Source of the DNA: a bacterium
GTDB taxonomy: Bacteria > Myxococcota_A > UBA9160 > UBA4427
Assembly: GCA_024742285.1 (NCBI GenBank)
Contig: JANSYR010000003.1
Span: 381,657 to 445,656, forward strand
Length of the DNA: 64,000 nucleotides
Reading direction: 5' to 3'
Every line of letters begins with the position of its first letter. Position 1 is the stretch's first letter. A model generated the notes under the pieces. It worked only from the letters and a program-made list of their open reading frames with translations, was not told where the DNA came from and made no database searches. Below are positions 45,102-54,658 of this stretch, piece after piece. The position numbers and the translations under genes are program-made.

Positions 45102-46334
45102 ATGGCCGAATTCGAGTACGACCCGACGGCGCCGGACTTCCAGGAAGACCCCCATCCGCTCTTCCAGCGACTCCGCGACGAGTTCCCCGCCTACCACAAC
45201 GAGGCGCTTCGGTTCTGGGCCTTGTCCCGCTACGAAGACGTCCGAGACGCGGCGGCGGACCACGTCACGTTCGCGAACTCCGTCGATCACTACCCCGATC
45301 CGGAGGGCGATCCGAGCGAGCTGATGCCGCGCTGGATGATGGACTTCGGGCTCTTCTACATCGACGCGCCCCGTCACGATCAGCTGCGGCGGTTGGTCTC
45401 GAAGACCTTCACCCCGAGCCGTGTGACGCGACTCGAGCCCGTGATCCGCGAGCTGGCGCGCGGCCTCCTCCGCGACGTGGCCGAGAAGGGGCGGGCCGAG
45501 ATCGTGCACGACTACGCGGCGCCCCTCGCGACCCAGGTGATCGGCGCGCTGCTCGGCGTGCCGGAGGCGGATCGCTGGCAGTTCCGGCTGTGGGCGGAGA
45601 AGATCGAACAGCGGGATCCCGACACACCCGCGGAGCTCGCCGCGCAGGAGCAGGCGGAGACGATCGACGCGATTCGCGCGTACATGCGCGCCCTCGTCGC
45701 CGAGCGGCGCGCCGCGCCCCGGGACGATCTCTTGTCGGCGCTCACCCTCGCGGAGGAGGGCGGTAAGAGCCTCGCGGACGAACAGATCGTCGATCTCGGC
45801 TACCAGCTGATGATCGCCGGCAACGACACGACGGCGGCGATGATCTCGAACGGGGCGCTCCGGCTCGCCGAGTTCCCGGACCAGCGGCAGGTGCTCCTCG
45901 ACGAGCCCGGGTGGGTGGTGAACGCGGTCGAAGAGATGACCCGCTACGACTCGCCGACCGTCCAGTCCCCGCCGCGGATCACGACGCGACCGGTCGAGCT
46001 GCACGGCCGGACGCTTCCCGCCGGCTCTGCCGTCGTCCTGATCTGGATGTCCGCCAATCACGACGAGCGGCAGTATCCGGAGCCCTCGCGTTTCGACGTG
46101 AAGCGGACGCTCGGGCGACACATGGGGTTCGGCCACGGACGGCACGTCTGCCTGGGCGCGCATCTCGCGAGGCTCGAAGGGCGCGTGGCCTTCGAGGAGC
46201 TGCTCCGTGCGATGCCGGACTACGCGATCGAGGGCGAGGCCCGACGTTGGGCCAGCACCTGGCTGCGGCCGATCGGCCGGCTCGAGGTCGCCTTCGACGG
46301 GCGCCGCGCCCAGGAAGCGCTCGCCGACGCCTAG
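45102..46334 (+). CDS. Cytochrome P450
   Basis: Heme-Cys loop FGHGRHVCLGAHLAR, I-helix AGNDTT, ExxR (VEEMTRY). ATG 45102 has the SD GGGAGG. The track ORF starts at 45090. Confidence 0.9.
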   Translation: MAEFEYDPTAPDFQEDPHPLFQRLRDEFPAYHNEALRFWALSRYEDVRDAAADHVTFANSVDHYPDPEGDPSELMPRWMMDFGLFYIDAPRHDQLRRLVSKTFTPSRVTRLEPVIRELARGLLRDVAEKGRAEIVHDYAAPLATQVIGALLGVPEADRWQFRLWAEKIEQRDPDTPAELAAQEQAETIDAIRAYMRALVAERRAAPRDDLLSALTLAEEGGKSLADEQIVDLGYQLMIAGNDTTAAMISNGALRLAEFPDQRQVLLDEPGWVVNAVEEMTRYDSPTVQSPPRITTRPVELHGRTLPAGSAVVLIWMSANHDERQYPEPSRFDVKRTLGRHMGFGHGRHVCLGAHLARLEGRVAFEELLRAMPDYAIEGEARRWASTWLRPIGRLEVAFDGRRAQEALADA

Positions 46335-46365
46335 CCCGTGCGGCCGGCGACGACTCGACGGCGGC

Positions 46366-47349
46366 TCAGGCGAGCGCCGGCAGGACCCGTTCCGTGAAGA
46401 GGTCGAAGGTCTTCTCCGAAAGGGGCGAGACCAGCAGGTAGTCGAGGGGCATCGTTCCTTCGAGCTCCCGGAGCTGATCGACGACGCGCTCCGGGGAGCC
46501 GTGGACGATCACGCCGTCCATGTAATGCTCCGCGGGCTCGGTCGGCCGACCGTCTTCCCGAAACGCGGCGACGGCCTCCTTCGGCAGATAGCGACCCGAG
46601 AAGAGCGCCCCTCGCTCCGCGACCTCCCGCGCCTCTTCGTCCGTTTCGCCGAGGGCGATCAGACGCGCGATCGGACGGTCGCCTTCGGCCTTCCGACCGT
46701 GGACCGACTCGAAGCGGGCTTCGTAGAGCGCTTCCTTCCGCGCGATCATGTCGTGGGACGAGTGCGGATCCATCAGGATCGAGTGTCCCTCGTCCGCCGC
46801 CCACTCGATCGCTCCTTCGGAGCTCGCGGCGACCCAGACGGGCGGGTGGGGCGCCTGGGTCGGCTTGGGCAGGACCTCGACGTCTTCGAAGGTGTGGTAC
46901 TTGCCGTGATGGGTCAGGCGTTCGTTCCGCCACGCGCCCAGCACGATCTCGACGGCCTCGCGGAAGCGCTCGGTACTCTCCTCCGGCGGGACGCCGAAGT
47001 TCTTGAACTCGACCGGGTCGAAGCCCCGTCCCGCGCCCCAGTTCACGCGGCCCCCGGAGAAGAGATCGAGGAGCGCGATCTCCTCGGCGATCCGCAGCGG
47101 GTGGTAGAACGCGGCGAGGGTCACACCGGTTCCGATCCGCAGGCGCTTCGTGCGGGCCGCGACCTGCATCGCCATCAGGTGGACCGAAGGGCAGACGCTG
47201 TAGCTGCTGAAGTGGTGCTCGGCGAGCCAGACCGCGTCGTAGCCGGTCTGATCCATGATCTCGATGCGCTCCATCGCGCGCGCATAGATGTCCTCGAGCG
47301 CGACGCTTCGATCGCGCCAGCCGAAGAACTGGAGGACGCCCACCTTCAT
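46366..47349 (-). CDS. LLM-class flavin-dependent oxidoreductase (luciferase family)
   Basis: 327 aa. MKVGVLQFFGW...WLAEHHFSSYSVCPS...GRVNWGAGRG. Confidence 0.9.
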   Translation of the reverse strand: MKVGVLQFFGWRDRSVALEDIYARAMERIEIMDQTGYDAVWLAEHHFSSYSVCPSVHLMAMQVAARTKRLRIGTGVTLAAFYHPLRIAEEIALLDLFSGGRVNWGAGRGFDPVEFKNFGVPPEESTERFREAVEIVLGAWRNERLTHHGKYHTFEDVEVLPKPTQAPHPPVWVAASSEGAIEWAADEGHSILMDPHSSHDMIARKEALYEARFESVHGRKAEGDRPIARLIALGETDEEAREVAERGALFSGRYLPKEAVAAFREDGRPTEPAEHYMDGVIVHGSPERVVDQLRELEGTMPLDYLLVSPLSEKTFDLFTERVLPALA

Positions 47350-47362
47350 CGCTCGACTCCCG

Positions 47363-47839
47363 TCACGCGCGGACGCGATAGGGCGACGCGTCCGCCGCCC
47401 ACTGGATGATCTCGATCGGATGCCCGTCGGGATCGTGGATCACGAAGGCCGTCGAATTGTCGAAGGGCACCGGCTCGCTCTGGCAGTCCACCCCCTTCGC
47501 CCGGAGAGCCTCGTAGGCGGCCCGGACGTCGCGGACCTCGAAGGACATCAGGGTGCGTTTCTCGGTCGTGGGTTCGCGCCAGCTGTGCCAGAAGAGCTGG
47601 ACGACGGTGTTTCCGGCGACGAGCCCGCGCACGAGTCTCGAACGTGCACCGGGCGTCGCGGTCACGGCCTCGAACGCAGGCCCCTCGAGATCGCGCTCCA
47701 TGACGGTCTGCATTCCGAAGACCGAGCGGTAGAAGCGAAGGGCGCGGTCGAGGTCGGCGACCTGGAGCGAGACATGGGAGAGGCGGGCGAGGCCGGCCGC
47801 TTCGAGGGCGAAGCCGGGCTCGTTCGGTGCGACGGGCAT
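47363..47839 (-). CDS. VOC/glyoxalase-family protein
   Basis: 158 aa from MPVAPNE, internal to ORF 47363..48229. LSHVSLQVADLDRALRFYRSVFGM...FVIHDPDGHPIEI. Confidence 0.85.
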   Translation of the reverse strand: MPVAPNEPGFALEAAGLARLSHVSLQVADLDRALRFYRSVFGMQTVMERDLEGPAFEAVTATPGARSRLVRGLVAGNTVVQLFWHSWREPTTEKRTLMSFEVRDVRAAYEALRAKGVDCQSEPVPFDNSTAFVIHDPDGHPIEIIQWAADASPYRVRA

Positions 47840-47922
47840 CGGTTCAGCATACCACCCGGAGACGATCCCGAGGTCCGACACGGCGACTCCGCGTCCGGAG
47901 ATTCGTGGCACAATCCGGGGCC

Positions 47923-48852
47923 ATGGCGCGTCCTGATCACGATCCCTCCCAGGCCAGCTACACGACCCCGGAAGGCTTTCACGTGCGACGCCTCGCCGGG
48001 GCCCTCGGCGCCGAGGCCCGCGGCGTCGACCTTGGCCGGCTCGACGGGGAGGGGGCGCGCGCGATCGAGCGTGTCCTGCTCGACCACCATGTCCTCTTCT
48101 TTCCGGGCCAATCGCTGAACGTCGACCAGCACATCGCCTTCGGCCGTCACTACGGCGAGCTCGAAGGGCATCCTCATCTCGAGAATCCGACCGAGGGCCT
48201 GCCGCCCGAGATCTTCGAGCTCTCGGCAAGACGTGGCGGGGTCGCCGACGAATGGCACTCGGATCTCACCTGCCTCGACTCGCCCGCGCTCTACTCGATC
48301 CTGCACATGGTGCGCGCGCCGGCGGTGGGCGGGGACACGATGTGGGCGAATCCGGCGATGGCCTACGACGAGCTGTCCCCGCCGATTCGCGACCTCTGCG
48401 ACGGACTCACCGCCATCCACGACGGCGAGCCCCACGGACTGGACGACGTGAAGGCGATCCATCCGGTCGTGCGCGTCCATCCGGTGAGCGGCCGCAAGGT
48501 GCTCTTCGTGAACGAGCACTTCACGCGCCGGATCGTCGAGCTGTCCGCCGACGAGAGTGCGTTGCTGCTGGGGCACCTCACGCGCTGGGTCTCGAACCCG
48601 CGGTTCACCGTCCGCTATCGCTGGGAGACGGGCACGGTCGCCATGTGGGACAACCGCACGACGCAGCACTTCGTGCTCAACGACTTTCACGAGGAGCGCG
48701 TGATCCAGCGCGTGACGGTGATGGGCGACCGCGTCGAGGAAGCGGCGCCGCCGCGTTGGCCGCCGTTTGAGCGCGTCGGCGGGCCGAGCGACACGAGTCG
48801 GCACGAGGCCGAGGTCGCGGAGATCGCAGCCGCCCGGGCCCCTTCGGACTGA
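47923..48852 (+). CDS. TauD/TfdA-family Fe(II)/2-oxoglutarate dioxygenase
   Basis: 309 aa from MARPDH, internal to ORF 47827..48852. Motifs WHSDLT, GGDTMWAN, VHPVSGRKVLFVN, WDNRTTQH. Confidence 0.9.
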   Translation: MARPDHDPSQASYTTPEGFHVRRLAGALGAEARGVDLGRLDGEGARAIERVLLDHHVLFFPGQSLNVDQHIAFGRHYGELEGHPHLENPTEGLPPEIFELSARRGGVADEWHSDLTCLDSPALYSILHMVRAPAVGGDTMWANPAMAYDELSPPIRDLCDGLTAIHDGEPHGLDDVKAIHPVVRVHPVSGRKVLFVNEHFTRRIVELSADESALLLGHLTRWVSNPRFTVRYRWETGTVAMWDNRTTQHFVLNDFHEERVIQRVTVMGDRVEEAAPPRWPPFERVGGPSDTSRHEAEVAEIAAARAPSD

Positions 48853-49065
48853 ACGGAGCGCAGCCAGGTTGGGAGCGCCGGGGTCGATCGCCGCGTCCCT
48901 CCGTGAAGATCCGTTGACGGCGATGGCGGGACCGCGTCGTCCGGCGGGCGCTCCCGTTGCGAAGCGGCGCTCGTGACACCGAAGTGTGCAGCCAATGCCC
49001 CAGGGTCGTCCCCGGTTCGAGTCGATGGGTGCGTAGACTCGCCACATCACACTGGGGGGTGTCCA

Positions 49066-50241
49066 ATGAGGATCGCGATCTTTTCCGAGGTCTTCCTACC
49101 GAAGATCGATGGCATCACGAACCGGCTGCGTCACACGATCGATCGACTCGTCGACGGCGGCCACGAAGTGCGGGTCTTCGGCCCGCTCCACGCGCAGGGC
49201 AGCTACCGCGGCGTCAAGGTCGTCCAGGTCCCGGGACTGCCGCTGCCGCTCTACCCGGGACTGCAGATCACGCATCCGGATCCGCGCGTCGCGTGGGAGC
49301 TCTTCAAGTTTCGTCCCGACGTCGTCCATGCGGTCGGCCCCGCGAGCCTCGGCGTGCTCGGCTCGATCACGGCCCGCGCGCTCGGTCTTCCGCTCGTGGC
49401 GTCCTACCACACGGATCTGCCGGCCTACCTGCCGCGCTATCTGCCGCGCTGGGGCCTCGGCTTCGCCCAGCCGGCGATCTGGCCGGTGATCCGCGCGGTT
49501 CACGGCCTCGCCCACCTGAATCTCTGCCCTTCGACGGTGACCCGGGAGGAGCTCGAGTCGCACGGCATCGAGCCCGTCGGGATCTGGCGCGGTGGCGTCG
49601 ACACGGAGCGCTTCCGGCCGAAGGCGGCGAGCGCGACGATGCGGCTTCGCCTCACGGAGGAGGTCCGGCCCGACGCCGTGAAGGCGCTCGCCGTCTACGT
49701 CGGTCGCGTCGGCGCGGAGAAGGGGCTGGATCGACTCTTCGAGCTGCACGACGCGATTCCCGGGCTGCACGTCGCCGTCGTCGGCGACGGGCCGGATCGG
49801 GAGCGCCTCGAGAAGATGGCCAGGGGAAGACGGTTCGTGTTCACCGGCTTCCTGCGCGGAGACGACCTCGCGGCGGCCTATGCGAGCGCGGATCTCTTCT
49901 TCATGCCGTCCACGACGGAGACGCTCGGTTTCGTGGTGCTCGAGGCGATGAGCTCCGGCACGCCGGTCGTCGCCGCGCGCGCGGGCGGACCGCTCGACCT
50001 GATCATCGACGGGGAGAACGGTCTGCTCTACGAGCCGGACGATCCCGCCGAAGCGATCCGGCAAGTGAAGAAGCTGCTCCACAACCCGAGCCAGCGACGC
50101 CATCTCGGGGCCCAGGGCCGAAAGGCGGCCGAGCGGAGGACCTGGGACGAAGAGACGCGCCGACTCCTCGACCACTACGAGACGGCGATCGACCTCGCGA
50201 GTCGTGGCCAGGACGCGCTCCACGGCGATGTGAGGCACTAG
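49066..50241 (+). CDS. Family-4 glycosyltransferase (SqdX/SQD2-like N-terminus)
   Basis: 391 aa from MRIAIFSEVFLPKIDGITNRL, internal to ORF 48973..50241. C-terminal GT1-fold motif PSTTETLGFVVLEAMSSGTPVVAARAGG. Confidence 0.88.
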   Translation: MRIAIFSEVFLPKIDGITNRLRHTIDRLVDGGHEVRVFGPLHAQGSYRGVKVVQVPGLPLPLYPGLQITHPDPRVAWELFKFRPDVVHAVGPASLGVLGSITARALGLPLVASYHTDLPAYLPRYLPRWGLGFAQPAIWPVIRAVHGLAHLNLCPSTVTREELESHGIEPVGIWRGGVDTERFRPKAASATMRLRLTEEVRPDAVKALAVYVGRVGAEKGLDRLFELHDAIPGLHVAVVGDGPDRERLEKMARGRRFVFTGFLRGDDLAAAYASADLFFMPSTTETLGFVVLEAMSSGTPVVAARAGGPLDLIIDGENGLLYEPDDPAEAIRQVKKLLHNPSQRRHLGAQGRKAAERRTWDEETRRLLDHYETAIDLASRGQDALHGDVRH

Positions 50242-50443
50242 GTCACGCCGACGACGCGACCCCCTCTGCACGCTCCGTCCTGCGTGCCGGCCGGGTCGAT
50301 CGGCCCGAACCCCGATCGGCCCGGCCCTCCGCGTCGGGCCCTCCGCGTCAGGCCTTGGGAAGGGTCCGATCGGTCGCGTTGCGAGCCGGAATCCCCCTAC
50401 CTAGACTGCGGCGCCGCGATTCCCCACCTCGCTGGAGTGCCCG

Positions 50444-51871
50444 TTGCCGACCTTGCCGCGTCTCTCTCGATCCCTCCCGCTCGTCCTCGCCAGTCTGCTC
50501 GTGATGGCCCTGCCTGCTCAGGCCGGTTGGAAGCTCGATGACGTGATCGGCTCGGACACGATCTCCCTCTCGTTCGAACATCGGAGCCGCTACGAAGGGC
50601 TCTCGGACCCGTTCCGGGTGGCCAACCGGGGCAAGGCGTACACCGACGTCTTCGCGATGCGGACCCTGCTGCACGCGAAGGTGAAGCTGCCCGAGGGTTT
50701 CAGCGTCGGCGCGGAGCTGATGGATTCGCGTGCCTTCCTCTCTTCCGATGCGGTCCTCAACACGACGACGGTGAACCCGGCGGAGCTCCTCCAGGCCTAC
50801 GTCCGCTGGGACGGCGACGCCCTCGGCGGAAAGCTCCGCGCTCGGCTCGGACGCATCACGATGGACGTCGGCTCGCGGCGCTTCGTGGCACGCAACCGCT
50901 ACCGAAATACGATCAACGGCTTCACCGGCATCGATCTCGACTGGCACGGGAAGGGCGCAGACGCCGGCCGCAACTTGCGCGTCTTCTTCACGCTGCCCGT
51001 CCAGCGTGAGCCGAACCCTCAGTCCTCCGCGAACCGCCGTCGCCGCCTGCGCGACGACGACGTGGTCTTCGACCGCGAGGACTTCGACAACCTCTTCTGG
51101 GGCGTCTTCGCAGCGCGGGACTTCGATGCGCTCTTCGGCGTCGACGGGGTGCGCGGCGAGCTCTTCCTGTTCGGGCTGCACGAGAGCGACAGCGGCAGTC
51201 GTCCGACCCGGAACCGCCAGCTCTACACGCCGGGCTTCCGACTCGTTCGGAAGAAGGCGAAAGAAGTCGTCGACTTCCAGATCGAGGCGACCCTCCAGGC
51301 CGGTCAGTCCCGCACGTCGGCCTCCTCGACGAGCGAGAAGGACCACCTGGCCGGCTTCGTCCACGGGACACTCGGCTACACCTTCGACGCGCCGGCCACG
51401 CCGCGCCTCGCGTTCCAGCTCGATTGGGCGAGCGGTGATTCGAGCCCGAACGACGGAAACAACGAGCGCTTCGACACCCTCTTCGGGGCGCGGCGTTTCG
51501 AGTTCGGCCCGACGGGCATCTACGGTCCCTTTGCGCGGGCGAACCTGATCACGCCCGGGCTCCGCGCCGAGATCAAGCCCTCGGACAGCGTGACCGCCTT
51601 CGCCATGGCGCGCTCGTTCTGGCTGGCCTCGAAGACCGACGGGTGGACCACCTCGGGCGTGGTCGATCCGCGAGGCTCGTCCGGCGATCACATCGGGACG
51701 CAGATCGAGTTCCGCGTGCGATGGCGGATCGTCCCGGAGACCGTCCTCCTCGAGGCGGGCTACGCCCATCTCTTCACCGGCGAGTTCATCGACACCAACT
51801 CCACGTCGTCGACCTCGAACCGCCAGGGCGACTCCGACTACGTCTACACCCAGGCGAAGATCAACTTCTGA
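50444..51871 (+). CDS. Outer-membrane beta-barrel, alginate-export (AlgE-like) family
   Basis: 475 aa with a signal peptide ...ALPAQA. RSRYE, LLQAYVRW, LGRITMDVGSRRFVARNRYRNTINGFTGIDLDW and a C-terminal ...YTQAKINF. Confidence 0.8.
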   Translation: MPTLPRLSRSLPLVLASLLVMALPAQAGWKLDDVIGSDTISLSFEHRSRYEGLSDPFRVANRGKAYTDVFAMRTLLHAKVKLPEGFSVGAELMDSRAFLSSDAVLNTTTVNPAELLQAYVRWDGDALGGKLRARLGRITMDVGSRRFVARNRYRNTINGFTGIDLDWHGKGADAGRNLRVFFTLPVQREPNPQSSANRRRRLRDDDVVFDREDFDNLFWGVFAARDFDALFGVDGVRGELFLFGLHESDSGSRPTRNRQLYTPGFRLVRKKAKEVVDFQIEATLQAGQSRTSASSTSEKDHLAGFVHGTLGYTFDAPATPRLAFQLDWASGDSSPNDGNNERFDTLFGARRFEFGPTGIYGPFARANLITPGLRAEIKPSDSVTAFAMARSFWLASKTDGWTTSGVVDPRGSSGDHIGTQIEFRVRWRIVPETVLLEAGYAHLFTGEFIDTNSTSSTSNRQGDSDYVYTQAKINF

Positions 51872-52063
51872 CCGCGGTCTGAACGCGGTCGAGGTTCGAG
51901 GTCCACCGCCGGGTTCGTCGGCAGGTCTGCACGTTCGCAGTCCTTATGTGGCGTTCGTGTGAATTTGTGAATTCACGCGCTTCGAATCGGGGTGGTTCCG
52001 CCAGCTTTCGGCCGATTGCGAATCGATGTTTCATTGAAATCGTCACGGAATCGCCGCAGCAAG

Positions 52064-52091
52064 TTGACGATTCGGAGAAGGTCTTCATAAT
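52064..52091 (+). promoter_or_regulatory. Candidate sigma-70 promoter
   Basis: TTGACG (52064-69), a 16-nt spacer, then CATAAT (52086-91), inside an AT-rich intergenic island. It lies about 160 nt upstream of the small ORF at 52252. Confidence 0.35.
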
Positions 52092-52251
52092 GTCGTGACG
52101 CGAGCGAGCCGATCCTGTGTCCATGAACGTTTCCATCACACGCTCCAGAACCGCAGGCATCGGGCGAAGCGTCCGGCGGCACTTCGACCGCCGGCAAGTG
52201 ATGCGTGAAGCGTCGCGAGCCAACTCCCCCAGGCAACAAGAGGTCGGAACC

Positions 52252-52359
52252 ATGAAGGCCATCCAGAAGATCGAAACGGGAATCTGCATGACGATCGGCG
52301 CCCTGCTCGCCACGGGCTGGGTGCTGGCGATCGGCGAACTCTTCGCCCATACGGTCTAG
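52252..52359 (+). CDS. Candidate 35-aa single-TM small protein
   Basis: MKAIQKIETGICMTIGALLATGWVLAIGELFAHTV. ATG follows AAGAGG with a 7-nt spacing. It is followed by hairpins at 52363-82 and 52479-52513. No homolog recognised. Confidence 0.35.
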   Translation: MKAIQKIETGICMTIGALLATGWVLAIGELFAHTV

Positions 52360-52478
52360 TCAGACCCTCCCGATCGGGTCTCCTGGCGAACACGCCTCGG
52401 GAAGCCCTGCGCTCGGCGCGCGGCCCGGGCGAGATCCCGCCGCGCCACGCACGGCCGCGCACGATCGGCATCTACCCC

Positions 52479-52513
52479 GACGCCCCGGAGATCCCCGTGA
52501 TCTCCGGGGCGTC
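52479..52513. terminator. Strong bidirectional hairpin terminator candidate
   Basis: GACGCCCCGGAGAT-ccccgtg-ATCTCCGGGGCGTC: a perfect 14-bp stem between the small plus-strand ORF and the stop (52536) of the minus-strand isomerase gene. Confidence 0.55.
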
Positions 52514-52535
52514 GTCGTCTCGGGCGACCTCCGGA

Positions 52536-53369
52536 TCAGCCGCGCCCCTGGCTCAGGCCGAGCGCGACGAGGTGGTCGGCGCTCTTCCGGAGCGCTTCGA
52601 ACACGTCGCTCGCGCACTCGTCGAGCTCCACGATGTGCCAGTCCGCATGGACGGCCGCCCGTGCGCAGGCGGCGACGTCGACGCGGCCCTCGCCGAGCGC
52701 GACCTGCGGCTCGCCGAGCACGCACGACCCGTCCTTCAGGTGGACACGGCGGGCGCGCGGGCCGAGCGCCTCGAGGACGGCGACGGGGTCTTCACCTGCG
52801 GTCTGCGCCCAGTAGGTATCGACTTCGGCGTTCACCCGGTCGTCGACCTCCGCCCAGAAGACGTCCCAGGCGGAGCCTTCTTCGAAGCGGACCTCCCACT
52901 CCCAGTGATGGTTGTGAAAGCCGAGGGCGATCCCCCGTTCGGCGGCGCGATCGGCGGCGGTGCCGAAGCGATCGATCGCTTGCCGTAGGACGTCGAGGTC
53001 GGCGTGTGCGTTCGCCGCGCCGGGCAGAGCCATGAAGCTCGCGAGGACGAGCTGGTCGGTCCCGATCGTCTCCGCGAAATCGAGCACGGCCTGGGCGGTT
53101 TCGCCTTCGGGTAGCGGTGCGTGCAGGCTCGCGACCCGGAGACCGAGTTCGTCGAGGAGCGCGCGGTAGCGGTCGGCCTCCGGGAAGGGCACGCGCATGT
53201 CCTCCGGAAGCGCCTCGAGCGGAACCGGTCCGAAGATCATCGGCTCGACGCCGACGTATCCCAGCTCGGCCAGTCGGGCATGGGTCCCCGCGAAGTCCTC
53301 GATCAGCTGGCGGCGGACGCTGAACAGATTCACCGCGAGGGGGCGAGGGGCGAAGGGTTCGTCGGACAT
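52536..53369 (-). CDS. Sugar phosphate isomerase/epimerase (xylose-isomerase-like TIM barrel)
   Basis: 277 aa from MSDEPF, internal to ORF 52536..53639. SD GAGAGGA. ...LGFHNHHWEWE...DTYW... Confidence 0.85.
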   Translation of the reverse strand: MSDEPFAPRPLAVNLFSVRRQLIEDFAGTHARLAELGYVGVEPMIFGPVPLEALPEDMRVPFPEADRYRALLDELGLRVASLHAPLPEGETAQAVLDFAETIGTDQLVLASFMALPGAANAHADLDVLRQAIDRFGTAADRAAERGIALGFHNHHWEWEVRFEEGSAWDVFWAEVDDRVNAEVDTYWAQTAGEDPVAVLEALGPRARRVHLKDGSCVLGEPQVALGEGRVDVAACARAAVHADWHIVELDECASDVFEALRKSADHLVALGLSQGRG

Positions 53370-53430
53370 GGGGGATCCTCTCTTCGCTCGCAGTGGACCT
53401 GCCGTGCTCGACGGCGCGGCGTCGTGTCGG

Positions 53431-53823
53431 TCAGGCGCGCTCGCGCGCGGTCTGGCAGTCGATGCAGGTGTGGGATTCGGGGCGGGCACGGAGGCGGGCG
53501 AGGCCGATGTCTTCGCCGCACGCACGGCATTCGCCGAACTCTTCCTCGCCAATCCGCGCGAGGGCGGCACGGACGGCCTGCCGCCGGGCCTGTTGGGCGG
53601 CCCGGTTGGCCTCGGCCATCTTCTGCTGCTGGATCGCATCGATCCGAGACACCCGCCCGATCGCCGGGGGGTCGAGCTCCACCGGGCGCGCGGCGTCCGC
53701 GGCGCTCTCGAGCCCCTCGTCGAGCTCCCGGGCGAGGGTCTCGAGCAGGCCCCGCAACTCTTCCTTCTCCGAATCGTCGAGGGGCAAGGGATCTCCGGGT
53801 GGGCGCGGGAAACCGCGCGGCAA
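53431..53823 (-). CDS. DksA/TraR-family C4 zinc-finger protein
   Basis: 130 aa with a coiled-coil region, then CRACGEDIGLARLRARPESHTCIDCQ. Confidence 0.85.
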   Translation of the reverse strand: MPRGFPRPPGDPLPLDDSEKEELRGLLETLARELDEGLESAADAARPVELDPPAIGRVSRIDAIQQQKMAEANRAAQQARRQAVRAALARIGEEEFGECRACGEDIGLARLRARPESHTCIDCQTARERA

Positions 53824-53881
53824 AAGCGTAGGGGGCCGTGGGTCGCGCCGCCCGCGGGCCCGTGGCTGCTAGCCTCGACCC

Positions 53882-54655
53882 GTGACGCGATCTGCCCGAG
53901 GAAGCCGCCCGATGACGCTGTGGATCGCCTTCCTGGTTCTGCTGCCCCCCATGGTCGGCGGCGCCGAGGAGGTGGTCGTCGCCGTCGCGAGCAACTTCGC
54001 CCCGGTGGCCGAGGGGCTCGCCGAAGACTTCGCCGCGTCCACCGGACACGAGATCACCCTCGTCGCGGGCTCGACCGGGAAGCTCTACGCGCAGATCGTG
54101 CGCGGCGCGCCCTTCGACGTCTTCCTCGCCGCGGACACGGCTCGTCCCGCGCGACTCGTGGCCGACGGGCAAGCGATTCCGGACGCCCGCCGCGTCTACG
54201 CCGTCGGCCGACTCGTTCTCCTTGGCCGCGCCGACGACTTGCCGACGCAAGTCGGTCCGGAGCTCCTCGCGACGGGGACGTTCCGGCACCTGGCGATCGC
54301 GAATCCGTCGCTCGCGCCCTACGGCGTCGCCGCGCGCGAGGTCCTGCGGGCCCTCGAGCTCGACGTGGTCCTCGCGGATCGACTCGTCTTCGGCGAGAAC
54401 ATCGGCCAGACCTTCGCCCTCGTCGCGAGCGGCAACGCCGAGCTCGGCCTCGTCGCCCAGGCCCAGGTCATCGGCGACCCGGCGCGCCGGTCGGCCGCTT
54501 GGCTCGTGCCCGCGCGCCACCACGCCCCGATCCGCCAGGAGGGCGTCCTGCTCGCGCGGGCCGCCGAGAAAAAGTCGGCACGTGCCTTCCTGGACTATCT
54601 CGCCACGGACGAGGCGAGGCGCGCGATCGAGGCCGCGGGCTACGAGGTGCCCTGA
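53882..54655 (+). CDS. modA: Molybdate ABC transporter substrate-binding protein
   Basis: 257 aa. VAVASNFAPV...GSTGKLYAQIVRGAPFDVFLAAD...ANPSLAPYG. Confidence 0.9.
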   Translation: MTRSARGSRPMTLWIAFLVLLPPMVGGAEEVVVAVASNFAPVAEGLAEDFAASTGHEITLVAGSTGKLYAQIVRGAPFDVFLAADTARPARLVADGQAIPDARRVYAVGRLVLLGRADDLPTQVGPELLATGTFRHLAIANPSLAPYGVAAREVLRALELDVVLADRLVFGENIGQTFALVASGNAELGLVAQAQVIGDPARRSAAWLVPARHHAPIRQEGVLLARAAEKKSARAFLDYLATDEARRAIEAAGYEVP

Positions 54656-54658
54656 ACG

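Noticed and set aside
50297-50349. Short direct repeats upstream of the second porin gene (cgatcggccc x2; ggccctccgcgtc x2 with 14-bp period)
   Set aside because: There are only two copies each, GC-rich and short, with no spacer/repeat architecture (not CRISPR). This is likely a slippage or low-complexity artefact. No functional inference is possible from sequence alone.
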